Source: Octopus vulgaris
Taxonomy: Eukaryota
DNA length: 64,000 nt
Assembly: GCA_951406725.2 (NCBI GenBank)
Contig: OX597836.1
Location: 33,170,001-33,234,000, forward strand
Direction: 5' to 3'
Below the pieces are notes generated by a model, which was not told where the DNA came from, made no database searches, and saw only the letters and a list, made by a program, of their open reading frames with translations. Every line of letters starts with the position of its first letter. Within the stretch, counting starts at the first letter, position 1. The position numbers and the translations under genes were made by a program. Positions 14,296 to 27,234 of the stretch are shown here, in pieces.

Positions 14296-14434
14296 ACATA
14301 TAAGAGGGATGACCTGTTAGTGGACATTCATTATGCTAGAAGAAGACCAACTATCTATGGTCTTACCATGGTAAGACCATAGCGGATCTTCTAGCATAAT
14401 GGATGTCCACATACAAGTCATCCCTCTTATATGT
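14296..14434. repeat. Fold-back inverted repeat with a perfect 28-bp central palindrome
   Basis: ctatggtcttaccatggtaagaccatag at 14355-14382; outer arms acatataagagggatgac / gtcatccctcttatatgt. Confidence 0.93.
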
Positions 14435-15331
14435 ATGTGTGTGTGTATACATATTTATTATATAACTTAGGTTTCGGCCAGTATAGGTCAGGCCATGTCT
14501 AACTTAATGGCACCACCTGGTGAAGTCTTTTAGATTGTGATTCACACCTCAGTCATATATGGGACACCATGGCCCACTCCAGCAAAGGGTTATTATCGTT
14601 GGAAACATATCTGGGTGTAGGAGGTAGGTCTGGGATTTTTTCGGAGAAATTTGTCCAGAGAACTTTTGAATTTTATGGGATTATGGGATCTGTTTCTGTT
14701 TTGATGTATTTTGGTATAATATTAAAGAGAGCTGGACCGGTTGAGGTAAAGTAGTTGTGTTGTAAAAATAAATAAATATATATATATATGTGTGTGTATA
14801 TACATATATAATGTATATATGTATATCTGTAAATGTATATGCATCTGTGTATGTGTGTGTGTGTGTGTGTGCAAATGCAGGCATAAAAACACTAAGTTAG
14901 GAGGTATGAGAGATGAATATAACTTTATCTTCTACTAGTTTCAGTCATTAGACTATGGCCATGCTGGGGCACCGTGTTGAATTTCCTATTTCTTCTAGTC
15001 AAATGAATCGACTCCAGTACTTATTTTACCAGTCCACTCTGCTGAGTGGTTGGTGTTAGGAAGGGCATCCTAACACCTGCCAAAACAGTCACGGAAATCT
15101 GGTGCAGGCTTCTGCCTGGCTGGCTCTTGTGAAACCATCCCAACCATGGACAAAGTTTTATTTCAAACACGTCAAATTGTTCCAAATATACTCAAAAGGT
15201 TACAGAAAGAAATATGTAAAATCCTTCAAAATAAAAAAAAAAACGAATATAAAATGCAAATATGCACACATGCATATGTACATGTACTCATGGACATACG
15301 TATGTGAGCAATAAATCAATGGAAGACCTAC

Positions 15332-15486
15332 CTTTCCATATCTTTGTGCATATGTACTTGTGAGAAGAGAGTGGAAAATGATAATGGTTTCGTCCAAATC
15401 CCATACGAAGACCCTCTCTAAATCAGATTCTGGTCCAGGAGAAGGGTTATTTTGTCGACGACCACCTCGAGGTGGTCTGGGTCGCC
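15332..15486 (-). CDS. eya: eyes absent coding exon D (155 nt, phase 1 to 0), start of Eya domain with HAD motif I: [51 protein letters not shown]
   Basis: Acceptor atgttttatttcgacAG, donor aag|GTaggt. [27 protein letters not shown] is the diagnostic Eya-domain start with the DxDxT nucleophile motif. Confidence 0.98.
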
Positions 15487-15678
15487 CTGTCGAAATAAAA
15501 CATCAATAAATGAAAAGAACTAAGACACAGGATAGAGGGGACAAGAAATGGAAAACGGTGGGCAAATGAGAGAATTGGAAGGCAAAGATAAAGGACTGCT
15601 ATGATGCATGAAAAATGATTTAATGATATATATATATCTATGAATATGTATATATATATATGAATATACATATATATA

Positions 15679-15840
15679 CAGTCATGGCCAAAAGTCTGGA
15701 ACATCTCTTTTTTAAAAATCAAAACTGTTTTGCCCAAGCACAATTTGATTCAAAAATATATAACGTATATATATTTGGGTATTCAATATAAAAATTCTAA
15801 TTTTCAAACCTGTTCCAAATTTTCAGTCACAACTACATAT
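15679..15840. mobile_element. Possible degraded Tc1-type MITE
   Basis: TA|cagtcatggccaaaagt at left; weak inverted match ttttcagtcacaactac|ata at right. Confidence 0.35.
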
Positions 15841-15932
15841 ATATATATATACTGATCTATACAACATAGACATTTAAAGAGACACACACACATATATAAA
15901 TACATAACATACACACATGTAAATACATATAC

Positions 15933-15963
<31 letters not shown>

Positions 15964-16105
15964 ATAAATATATGTATATGTATAGAAAACAAAAGATAGA
16001 GACACATATGAGGGAACAACAAGCAGGTGTATTTGATGCTTAGGAAAAATAGGAAAAGTCTTTAATGTTTTGAGCCTATGCTCTTTGACAGAGAGTGATG
16101 AGAGG

Positions 16106-16172
<67 letters not shown>

Positions 16173-16179
16173 AAACATA

Positions 16180-16740
16180 TGATGGCCTTCTTTCAGTTCC
16201 TGTCTACCAAATCCATGCACAAGGCTTTGGTTGGCCAGGGGCTATAGTAGAAAACATTTTGTCAAAAGTGTCCTATAGTGGGACTGAACCCAAAACCAAG
16301 TGGTTAGGAAACAAACTTCTTAACAGCACATCCACACCCGAGCCCTTGTATACATATACTCTTTACTCTTTTCAGTCATTTGACTGTGGCCATGCTGGAG
16401 CACTGCTTTTAGTCGAGCAAATCGACCCCAGGACTTATTCTTTGTAAGCCTAGTACTTATTCTATCGGTCTCTTTTTTGCCGAACCGCTAAGTTACGGGG
16501 ATGTAAACACACCAGCATCGGTTGTCAAGCGATGTTATGAGGACAAACACAGACACACAAACACATACATATATACGACGGGCTTCTTTCAGTTTCCATC
16601 TACCAAATCCATTCACAAGGCTTTGGTCGGCCTGAGTCTATAGTAGAAGACATTTGCCCAAGGTGCCATGCAGTAGGACTGAACCCGGAACGATGTGGTT
16701 GGTAAGCAAGCTACTTACCACACAGTCACTCTTGCTCCTA
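16180..16740 (-). mobile_element. SINE family A: old partial copy plus full copy (16358-16740)
   Basis: Family match. Confidence 0.88.
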
Positions 16741-16980
16741 CATATAATATATACATATATATATATCATAAATACTTTTACATTTGCTCTCTATGTCATA
16801 ACCCGTAATACAACAAAGTGGAAGTAGACAGGACTATGAGAAACTTCATGGAACTTTAGACTAAAAAGTAGCAATCATACATCTCTTTCTACACATAAAA
16901 TACACAATATATACATTTATTTCGTGTACATGATGCACATTTATATATATATATATATATACATATATAATGTATGTATA

Positions 16981-18268
16981 TCAGGTCATTAAGAATGAAA
17001 TGTCTGACTTTGAAATGAAACTTTATTTTACTTTATTTCAACAAAAAGCAATGCAGTTGATTAAAGTATGCAACTAAATTATCAACACAATTTTGCCATT
17101 TTATCGGTAGCTTATTTATGTTTCCAGCAAAGAACTCTGGAGAGTAAGAGGTGATGAAGTCACGAAAGGTTTGATTTTCCATCTTCTTCAGGTTTGAAGA
17201 TTTTTCCTTGCAAAAAGTTGTCTAATGCCTGGAAAACATGACATTCAGCTGGTGTAAGGTCTGGTGAATATGGTGGATGAAAGAGTACTTCCAAGTTCAG
17301 TTCCTGTAACTTGAGTAGAGTTCTTTGTGCAACGTATGGTTCAGTATTGTCTTGCAAGAGAATTGGCCTGTCTCTCTATTGACCAATCTCAATTGTTTAA
17401 TTGCAAGTTCACTCATCATTTCATCCAATTGGTTGATGTATACATCCGATGTTAATTGACTTACCAGGTCTCATGAAGCTGTAGTGGATGACACCAGCGC
17501 TGGACCACCAAACAGACACCATTAGCTTCCTTTGGTGAACATTTTTATTTGGATTCTGTTTGAGCACTTCCTATCCAACCACCATGCAGAATACTTGCTA
17601 TTGTTGAAGGGAATCCATTTTCCATTACATGTAACAATATGATGCAAAAATGGCTTTTATGCTGACTGCAATGAACAACAAGTTTCAAGATGACGTGTCA
17701 TTTGATGCTTATTCAGTTTGTGTGGTACCCACTTGTCCAACTTCTTTACCTTGCTAATTTGTTTCAGCTAGTCCAATACAGTTTGAATCGAAACATCAAA
17801 CCTCGCTGCTAACTCACACATAGTTTGAGATGTATCTGCTACCACAACAGTTTCCAGCTCATCATTATCCACCTTGGTATCAGGTCTACCACGGGGCTGA
17901 TTTTTCAAGAGTGAAGTCACCAGACCGGCGGAACTTCTCAAGCCATCGACGTACAGTGCGCTCATTTGCCATATCTTCACCAAACACCTCATTGTGAGCT
18001 GTTCTGAGCTGTCTGGGATGCACTGGTTCCATGACGGAATGCATATTCGTAAACAACACAAATTTCTTATCTACCCTTGGGTTCACAAAAATTGATTTAC
18101 AAGATAAAACTCAAAATATAACCAGACACCATGAATTGCATTTCGAAAATTAATGATGTAACTCTTCAATGTTGCAAAACAAAAGAATTTTCGGAATAAA
18201 ACTTTAGAGTTAACGACTGTCAAACTTGGGGCATATGAAAATTGAAAATTTCAGTTTTAATGACCTGA
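16981..18268 (-). mobile_element. Full-length (1288 bp) defective mariner transposon with transposase pseudogene
   Basis: TIRs tcaggtcattaagaatgaaat / tcaggtcattaaaactgaaat with TA on both flanks. Frameshifted transposase motifs: ERTVRRW..KF, RGRP, WVPHKL, IVTCNGKW (first D lost), LQDN, HPPYSPDLTPAE (third D changed to E). Confidence 0.95.
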
Positions 18269-18391
18269 TATAAGTACTTAATATATATAATTTCCATGCA
18301 CTTAATATGTAAGTACACACGTACTTAATATATTTACACTTATATATATACTTACATATCATGAACACATATATATCATTTACATTTATAT

Positions 18392-18775
18392 ATACTCTTT
18401 TACTTGTTTCAGTCATTTAACTGCAGCCATGCTGGAGCACCGCCTTTAGTCGAGCAAATTAACCCCGGGATTTATTCTTTGTAAGCCCAGTACTTATTCT
18501 ATCGGTCTCTTTTGCCGAATTGCTAAGTAACGGGGACATAAACACACCAGCATCAGTTGTCAAGCAATGCTAGGGGGACAAACACAGAAACACAAACGCA
18601 TACATATATACGACAGGCTTCTTTCAGTTTCTGTCTACCAAATCCACTCACAAGGCATTGGTCGGCCCGGGGCTATAGCAGAAGACACTTGCCCAAGATG
18701 CCACGCAGTGGGACTGAACCCGGAACCATGTGGTTGGTTAGCAAGCTACTTACCACACAGCCACTCCTGTGCCTA
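18392..18775 (-). mobile_element. SINE family A, full length
   Basis: Family match. Confidence 0.92.
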
Positions 18776-19341
18776 TATATAAACATATACACTCATATAT
18801 CACATACACACGCATATATATATGTATTCACACAAGGGATCCAGTTTTACTGCTTTATCTTGAATTTCAGTTACTAGGTTCTGAGAGTAAACGAACACTA
18901 TTTCTTTGTATTTTAGGAAGCAATCATTAGGACCATGTAACTCTGTTTTCCAGTATTTTAGTAACCAGGCACAGGGTCAGGTGAGACATTTTAATTCTAC
19001 ATTATGGTAAAAACAGGCGAGAGAGGAATCACACATCATAACCTAACGTTTCGGCACACACATTCATACATTCCTTCTGCATGCCACCTTTGCACACAGG
19101 AAAAATACCATATTTTCCAGAATACAAGTCAAATTTTTTCAGACCAAAACCTTACAGACACAACACGTGGCTTAACTTATATACACCAGGACAACTTTAG
19201 GGTACCAAAGATTCAGTTTGAAGATAGAGACAAGGTTTGAATGTTTAGGCTATGCTGACTTTTTCCATGAAAATACAATGTATGTGTATGTGTGTGTGTG
19301 TGTGTGTGTGTTTGTGTGTGTGTGTATATATATATATATAA

Positions 19342-19570
19342 AAGAGCACTGCATGGGTTATGACAACGAGGGTCCCAGCTGATACGATCAACAGAACAGC
19401 TTGCTCGTGAAATTAATGTGCGAGTGGCTGAGCACTCCACAGACATGTGTACTTTTAAGATAGTTCTTAGGGAGATTCAACGTGACAAAGAGTATGAAAG
19501 GCTGGCTCTTTGAAATACAGGTACAACTCATTTTTGCCAGCTGAGTGGACTGGAGCAACGTGAAATGAAG
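19342..19570 (-). mobile_element. SINE family E 3' part
   Basis: Homologous to 125-350. Confidence 0.75.
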
Positions 19571-19812
19571 TAGCAAAATCTCCTTCAAAATATATTTTAC
19601 TATTATTGTCTTAAAAGAAGAACAGGAAATGAAAGGTAATCTTGTTAGTTCTAGATGCATTACGTCCCAAGGGAAAGGAAGGATGGCTGAGATATGTTTT
19701 GATCATAGGTCTGTTTGAAGCAGGTATTTTACCTAGGGTTAAACACTAAACAACAACAATCATGATGACAAAAACATCAACAACAACAACGACGACTACA
19801 AATAGAACTTAC

Positions 19813-19881
19813 GAGTATTGCCGTTTGCTTCTGTTTTTAAAGGAGGTGAAGGACTTGTAAATGTGTTTTGGGAATTTTCAC
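19813..19881 (-). CDS. eya: eyes absent coding exon C (69 nt, symmetric phase 1-1): ENSQNTFTSPSPPLKTEANGNT(R)
   Basis: Acceptor gtttgttgttgtttcAG, donor c|GTaagt. SPSPPLK resembles EYA SPSTPIK, and the phases join exons B and D. Confidence 0.88.
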
Positions 19882-20270
19882 CTGAAACAACAACAAACAA
19901 ACAACAATAACAACAACAGTACCGGTTAGATGCAGTTTGAAATGTTATAACGAGGAAGAACAAGATCCAAGAAACAATGGAGGGATATCGCAACAAATCA
20001 CACAATGTCTCAGTCTCAGGGATAATGGATAATAATAAATAGCAGTGGAAGAATATAGGTTGTGTGGTGAAAAACAAAAAAAAACCCAAAAATGTGCTTG
20101 CCTGCTAACCAATGGCTCTGAAGAAGCTATAGAGCATTGCACAAGCACTTAGCTATGAGTCCAATGCTTCTTATAGCAGAAACACCCGTAAGCTAATGAG
20201 GGCGGTTACATGACTTCGGTTCTCTTGCCTGTAATTAATACAAAAGGATCAACACCCTTAAGTTCAAGCG

Positions 20271-21075
20271 TTAACACTTTACAGTTTTATATGGCCATAT
20301 CATGCCCAAATATTCTACCTGTTTTATGTTCAAATTGGCCAGATCCTGCCTCTCACACCTATCCTACAATGCCATTCTAATAAATAAACAACCACATCAT
20401 TGAAATCTCAAAGCTATGAGATAATGCACAAGTAATTCAAAAGAATGTAAATAAATAACTACATTTGACAGAGAACAAAATATGAATTTAAACTGGCTGT
20501 ATCAGGTCTAAATATTCTGTTTTATATTCAACCAGTCGGATCTGGCCTTTCAGATCTACCCTACAATGTCATGCTGCAAATAAGCAATCACATCACTGAA
20601 ATGTCAAAGTTATGAATTAACGCATGATTAATTCTAAGCAATGTAAATAAACATTACATTTGATAATTTGAATGTTATATGTTTAACCCATTAGCACTGG
20701 TGGTGACCAGATCCTGCTTCTCACACCTACCCTACAATGTAATTCTAAAAATAAACAATCCCATCATTGTAATGCCAAAGCTATGGATTAATGCATGGCT
20801 AATTCAAAACTCCGTGGTTAAATAAGCGTTACTTATGACAGAATGCTTTGAATGCTAAAGGGTTTTAAACTGGCCATATATCCAGCTGAAATATTCTGTT
20901 TTATAATTCAAACTAGCCAGAGCTGGCCTCTCACCCCTACCCTACAATGTACTTCTAAAAATAAACAATCACATCATTGTAATGCGAAAGCTGTGAATCA
21001 ATGGATAATTAATTCGAAATTCTGTCGTTAAATAAGCGTAACATTTGACAAAGTAATCTGAAATGCTAAATGAGT
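20271..21075. mobile_element. Tandem array of about 4 diverged piggyBac-like MITE (P1) units
   Basis: ctctcacacctaccctacaatg..ataaacaatcacatcattg recurs every ~200 bp. Confidence 0.8.
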
Positions 21076-21644
21076 GAATACAACCATAGCATGGGTACCT
21101 AATTGAGCAACACACGAGGCTTTAATCAGTCTCTGTACTGTCTGCCAGACTGACAAAACAGTTCCTATAATTACTATGATGAAGCAGCAGGGTGGGTGGA
21201 TGGAAAGGGTATTTATAGTTTAAATCAAACCTCAACACTGCTACTACAATGTACTCTTGAAACAAAGGCTATATCTCGAGTCTGGTTTACTGGTATGCAG
21301 CCAGCCAACTGTAAAAAGCCTTGTCCAAGCAATATGCAAAAAAATGTACTAATTTTTGTATGTACAAATAAACCAAACCTATCCAACCCATGCAGACATG
21401 AATATAAGAGAACGGAAACAATTCTTATATGAAATAAATGGCAACAAAGGATAAGGTGAAAACAAGAAATGATAAAATGATATATCATAAACAGCATCTC
21501 GTTAAGAATGAGAAAAAGCAACCAATGAGAAGCAAGATAGTAATGGTAACATGTAAGAGAATAGGAAATTGTCAAAGTCACTTGTGTGTACAATGGAGAA
21601 GCAGTATCAAAAATAGAAAGAAAAAAAAATCAAGTTCAAAATGA

Positions 21645-22400
21645 AAAAATATTGAGAGTGATATCACACAGCAAAGAAAGATCAACAGTGATATAACCTA
21701 TTGTAATAAAGTTAAAGTGTTGGAGTCATATTGCACAGCAAAGGAAAAGAATATTAAAGTGATATTGCACAGCAATGGAACATGAACATTGGAGGTTAAA
21801 AATCACAGCAATGAGTAACAACATTAAAGTAATATCTCACAATAACGAAAACAATATCAAAGAGATATACACATCACAGCAATGTAATAAAACAACATTG
21901 GAAGTAATGTACCACAACAATATCAAAGTGATATCTCACAATAATGGAAATCATATCAAAGACATGTATATATCACAACAGTGAAAAATAAAATACAACA
22001 ACATTGGAAGTAATATACGACAAGAAGATCAAAGTAATATCTTACAATAATAGAAACAATATCGAACAGATATCACAGCAAGAAAACAAACAACAATGTT
22101 GGAAGTAGTATATCACAACAATATCAAAGTAATATTTCACAGCAAAGAAGACAATACTTAATATCACAGCAATGAGAAAACAATATCAAAGCCACATTGC
22201 ACAACAATGAAACACACAAATCAAGAGGTGGGGGGGTATCTTATAGTCATGAAGAACCATATCAAAATATTATCGAGTAGTATAGCGTGATATCAAACAA
22301 GTATCGCAAGAAGAGTAATTGGTAGACAATAAAAAGCACAGTAACATTACACACATAAACCAATAACAACAAACAATATTGAAGTAATATCGAATGCTGC
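21645..22400. repeat. Old degenerate minisatellite (atatcacagcaa..aacaatatcaaagt-type units)
   Basis: Recurrent atatcaaagt, ggaagtaat and atcacagcaa motifs. Confidence 0.7.
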
Positions 22401-22492
22401 ATTATGATATCAAATAAATATAAAAATCTAAAAGATAAACTGAGGACCACTATATTTTGTGACTAAAATATCAGTTCTTATATTCATACAAA

Positions 22493-22526
<34 letters not shown>

Positions 22527-23189
22527 GTTATTGTCCACTTTTCTATGCTTGCAAAAGGTCAGTCAAAATTTACAAAGGCAGATTTTCTGAGGCTGGATGC
22601 TCTTCCTGTTGCTAACCCCCTCCATGACCAGACATGTTTTTGGAGGATACTGGAAACGAATGACACTGCTTGTATGACAGTGACACTCGTTTACAACCAT
22701 CATGCAATGTTAAGATAAAGAGATACAAATATATGAGAGAGAGAGAGTGTGTGTGTGTATGTGTGTATAATGTAAATAGGATAAATCCCACATGAAATTT
22801 CTTACATATCTATCAAACATGTAAAACCCTGTAATTCCTATTGGCAAATGAAATGTGTGTAATGGCAAATAAATAGCAAAAAAGTTTTCCAAATTTGTTT
22901 TGTTACACCCACCCACCCACACACACAATGAGCTTCTTTCAGTTTCTGTCAACTGCATCTTCTCACAAGGCTTTAGTTGGCCTGGGATATTGCAGTTGTC
23001 CAAAGTACCACAGTGGGACTGAACCCAGAACTATATGCTTTTGAAACACGCTTCTTGCCACATAACACCACTCCTGTATATATGTGTGTGTGTATATATA
23101 TATAAGACTTTTTCTATTCCTGAGCATTATACATCTGTTTGTTTTGTACACCACCTGTCTTCGTCTTTTGTTTTTTTTGTAAACTCTCC

Positions 23190-23242
<53 letters not shown>

Positions 23243-23401
23243 CATACACACATGTAAACATGCATTTGAATATATGTGTGTGTGAATATACAAGTAGGTG
23301 AACGAAGGCGAGTAGCAGTGAGTGGACGTAGTTGGAGTTGTAAGTATCTAATAAGAGTTTGACTTAGCCTCACATTACTTAATGTTTCACAGCTGCAGAA
23401 C

Positions 23402-23489
23402 CAGGGCTGTGGAGTCGGAGTCGTGGAGTCAGAATTAATGGATAGCTGGAGTCAGAGTCAAAGTTTTTTGTCTCGACTCCACAGCCCTG
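23402..23489. mobile_element. 88-bp hAT-type MITE
   Basis: Perfect 16-bp TIR cagggctgtggagtcg; 8-bp TSD tgcagaac / tgcaaaac. Confidence 0.85.
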
Positions 23490-23879
23490 TGCAAAACATA
23501 GTCACATTTAAACAGTCAGAACAGAGAGAATTTAAAAGAAATTTAGAAATAGCTTCAGGTCGGTCTAGGTCATATGGAAAATTCAGCTAGTCAGTGGAGG
23601 CAATTCTTTCGTTTTTATGCTCTACGTGGTAGAGCAGACACAATATTGGTGTCAGGTAGTCAGTGTTCCCATAGAGGGTTGATATTTCAAAGAAACATTT
23701 ACTACATGGAGAGATAGACCAGTGTGATTGTGTCAGGTTACATAGCAGTCTGGCTGTTAAGCGTGGCTGGATGGTGTCGACATAACCTAATGGTAGTACA
23801 CTGAATGTGAAATAAGTACACTGGAGCAACAGGAATGATATACCTTGCAACTGTGTGTGGGCTGTCTAGACCTAGAATG

Positions 23880-24080
23880 GTATTTCCAGGTTACAGAGAC
23901 TAATATTTTGAAATTCATTTACAGAGAGCTACTTTGGTGGTAACTACAGGATAGATTGGTTTTCCTATTGATGAATACAGCAGTCAGTTGGAGTATATGT
24001 AGTTTCTTGGCAAGGCAAAGACGGCAATTATGTATACCATGTGTTTCTGATTTGTGGATTCATATTGCATGGCTGTTCAC
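23880..24080 (-). mobile_element. Degenerate Penelope-like retroelement C-terminal remnant
   Basis: Minus-strand HNCRLCLAKKLHIL...FINRK resembles the CxLCLxEKxxI..LN end of Penelope GIY-YIG domains. Confidence 0.4.
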
Positions 24081-24329
24081 ATGTGGAGCAGATGTGTGTG
24101 CATGTGTGAGAGAGAGAGTGTTCTTATACTTGTAATATTTTCATGCTGACATGAAAATGAGAACAGGATCAATAACTAGATGCCTAGGTATAATAAAAAT
24201 TATAAATAGAAACATAAAAAGTATACTAGGGTTCATTCTAACTGGTCCTTTTAATTCACTGATTCTGTATAAAGCTGACTCGGATACTATTTGATCTCCA
24301 AATGTAAAGGTGGTTGAAATTGTTGCTAC

Positions 24330-25040
24330 ACATTTTTGTCCAGCATGCTAACAATTTTACCAGCTTATTGCCTTACTCCCCCTAAGAATAAAAATCCTTT
24401 CAGCTATAGGCACAAGGCCTGAAATTTGAGGGGAGGGGGCTACACAATTACAACGACCCCAGGGCTCAGCTGGTATATATTTTCTTGAACCTGAAAGGAT
24501 AAAAGGCAAAGTCCGACTTCAGTGGAATCTGAACTCAGAAAATACAGACAGATGAAATGCCGCTAAGCATTTTGTCCAGCATGCTAATGCTTCTGCCAGC
24601 TCACTGCCTTACTCCTCCTCCTCCTCCTCTTACTACTATTAATAATAGTAATTCTCTTTACTCTTTTACTTGTTTCAGTCATTTGACTGCGGCCATGCTG
24701 GAGCACTGCCTTTAGTCGACCCCAGGACTTATTCTTTGTAAGCCCAGTACTTATTCTATCGGTCTCTTTTGCCGAACCGCTAAGTGACGGGGACGTAAAC
24801 ACACCAGCATCGGTTGTCTAGCAATGCTAGGGGGACAAACACAGACACACAAACACACACACATATATATATATACGACAGGCTTCTTTCAGTTTCCGTC
24901 TACCAAATCCACTCACAAGGCATTAGTCGGCCCGGGGCTATAGCAGAAGACACTTGCCCAAGATGCCACGCAGTGGGACTGAACCCGGAACCATGTGGTT
25001 CGTAAGCAAGCTACTTACCACACAGCCACTCCTGCGCCTA
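24330..25040 (-). mobile_element. SINE family B (24395-24610) next to full SINE family A (24652-25040)
   Basis: Family matches. Confidence 0.87.
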
Positions 25041-25311
25041 ATTGTTTTTTAATACAGGCACATGGCAAGAAATTTGGAGGTATGACTAGTTGACCATGGC
25101 CACAACCTATGTTGAACACCTTCAAGTCAACAGCACAACTCTAACAGAACAACATTCTCTGGAGACATAACATACTCATACAGAATTCATATCCATCGCT
25201 TATAACAACGAGAAATCTGGTATATCAGCACAACAGTTGTCGCCAATATAGGGATATAAAAGCAGAGAAAGCGTTCTACCTATCCAAATGCATGGAGAAA
25301 TGAGTGTGTGC

Positions 25312-25351
<40 letters not shown>

Positions 25352-25364
25352 AGAGAGAGAGAGA

Positions 25365-25665
25365 GGCACATGGCCTAGTGGTTAGAGCTGTGAATTTGCA
25401 GTCGAGCGATCGCGGGTTCAAATCTCAGACTGGGCAATGTGTGAGTTTGTGAGTGAAACACCTAAGCTCCACGCAGCGAAACACCTAGGCTCTGGCAGAA
25501 GGTAATGGCAAACTTCTGCTGACTCTTTCGCTACAACTTTCTCTCACTCTTTACTCCTGGATCTTGCAGCTCACCTGCGACGGACTGGCGTCCCATCCAG
25601 GTGGGAAGCTATATGCCAAGGAAACCGGCTCTAATGAGCAGGCATGGCTCAAGAAGGAACAAACA

Positions 25666-25667
<2 letters not shown>
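25365..25667 (+). mobile_element. tRNA-derived SINE family F (V-domain-like core)
   Basis: A box tggcctagtggttagagc, B box gggttcaaatctc; cctgcgacggactggcgtcccatccagg resembles V-SINE cores (recalled). Confidence 0.75.
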
Positions 25668-25707
<40 letters not shown>

Positions 25708-26260
25708 GAATATTAACTTCCCAATCTCCATTTTCTTTTTCTTTTATACACATACACACACACACACATATATATATGTATACACATAAAATGGAGGAAA
25801 ATTGGAATTACATAAATATAGACACATAGCTCTTTAAGCACTCTGTAGAAATCAAATCCGGCTAACTGAATTGCTAAGGGCAATCCATGTGTGTTATTCT
25901 TTTCTTGTAACATGTACAATTTGTAAATCCGAGGTAGAACACTAATTAAATTTGGTTTATCAATCACCGAGTATATTAGAAGAAGAAAAACACAAAGAAT
26001 AAAGATGCATTATCAATGATTGATAATTCAGCTTCATTCTTTATGCTTTGATACATATACATGTATATTTGTGTGTGTATCTATGTATACATCTATATAT
26101 ATATGTATGTGTGTATATGTATATGTGTATATGTGCATGTATCTATGTATACATCATCATCGTTCAACATCCGTTTTCCGCGCTAGCACGATATATATAT
26201 ATGTATGTGCATATCTGTATAAGTGTATATGTGTGTGTATCTATGTATACATCTATATTT

Positions 26261-26313
<53 letters not shown>

Positions 26314-26511
26314 ATCCAAACAAGAAAACACAAAAAAAACATTGGTTACATATATATATATATATGTGCGTATATGTATATGTGTATATATGTGTGCGTG
26401 TGTATATACCTATCTATGTATATATATGTGTGTGTGTGTGTGTCTATATGTGCATGTGCATATGTGTGCAGTGTATAAATGCATGTATGTGTGAGTACAT
26501 ATATGTACGTA

Positions 26512-26557
<46 letters not shown>

Positions 26558-26561
26558 GTAC

Positions 26562-26611
<50 letters not shown>

Positions 26612-27234
26612 TCTTAACCTCACATAAATGCAGTAATATTTTTCTTCCTTTGTAAAATGTTAAAGCTATTCTATTTTGAACAATTTTTTTTTTATCTTAA
26701 TTTTATATTTTCCTTTTAATTTCTTCATTTTACATACACTTTAAAAAGTAAGTGCGTGCCTAGAATAAACAACAGAAGCAACAGACACACACACACGTTC
26801 AGCTACAACAACACACACACACACACACACACACAACCAGCAAACAGAAACTGAAGCAGTTGCCATCAAGAATAATAATAATAATAATAATAACAGCAAG
26901 TATAAAAAAGAAAAAAATGGAAAAAAACCCAAAATAAAATAAAGATAATTAAAATAAACTAAAATGTCAGGGCAAAATACAACAACAAACTTACAATGTA
27001 TACAAATGTGGACATAGAGGAGGAGGTGGAGGAGAAGAACATAGAAGTGAAACATTAAACACACACACATAGACACAGAGACGCACAGACAGACCTCAAA
27101 AGGGGACAGCAAGATAAGCAGAAGCTTATTGCACAGAGGGACGGACACAAACAAACATGGAGCTGCTACATGGTTGCTTTAAGTGCTAAAAATAGCAGTT
27201 CTGAGTGAAATGTAATAATAATAATAATAATAAT

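Noticed and set aside
17160-18086. Mariner as an active or domesticated transposase
   Set aside because: Multiple frameshifts and stops, and two of three catalytic Asp positions are altered.
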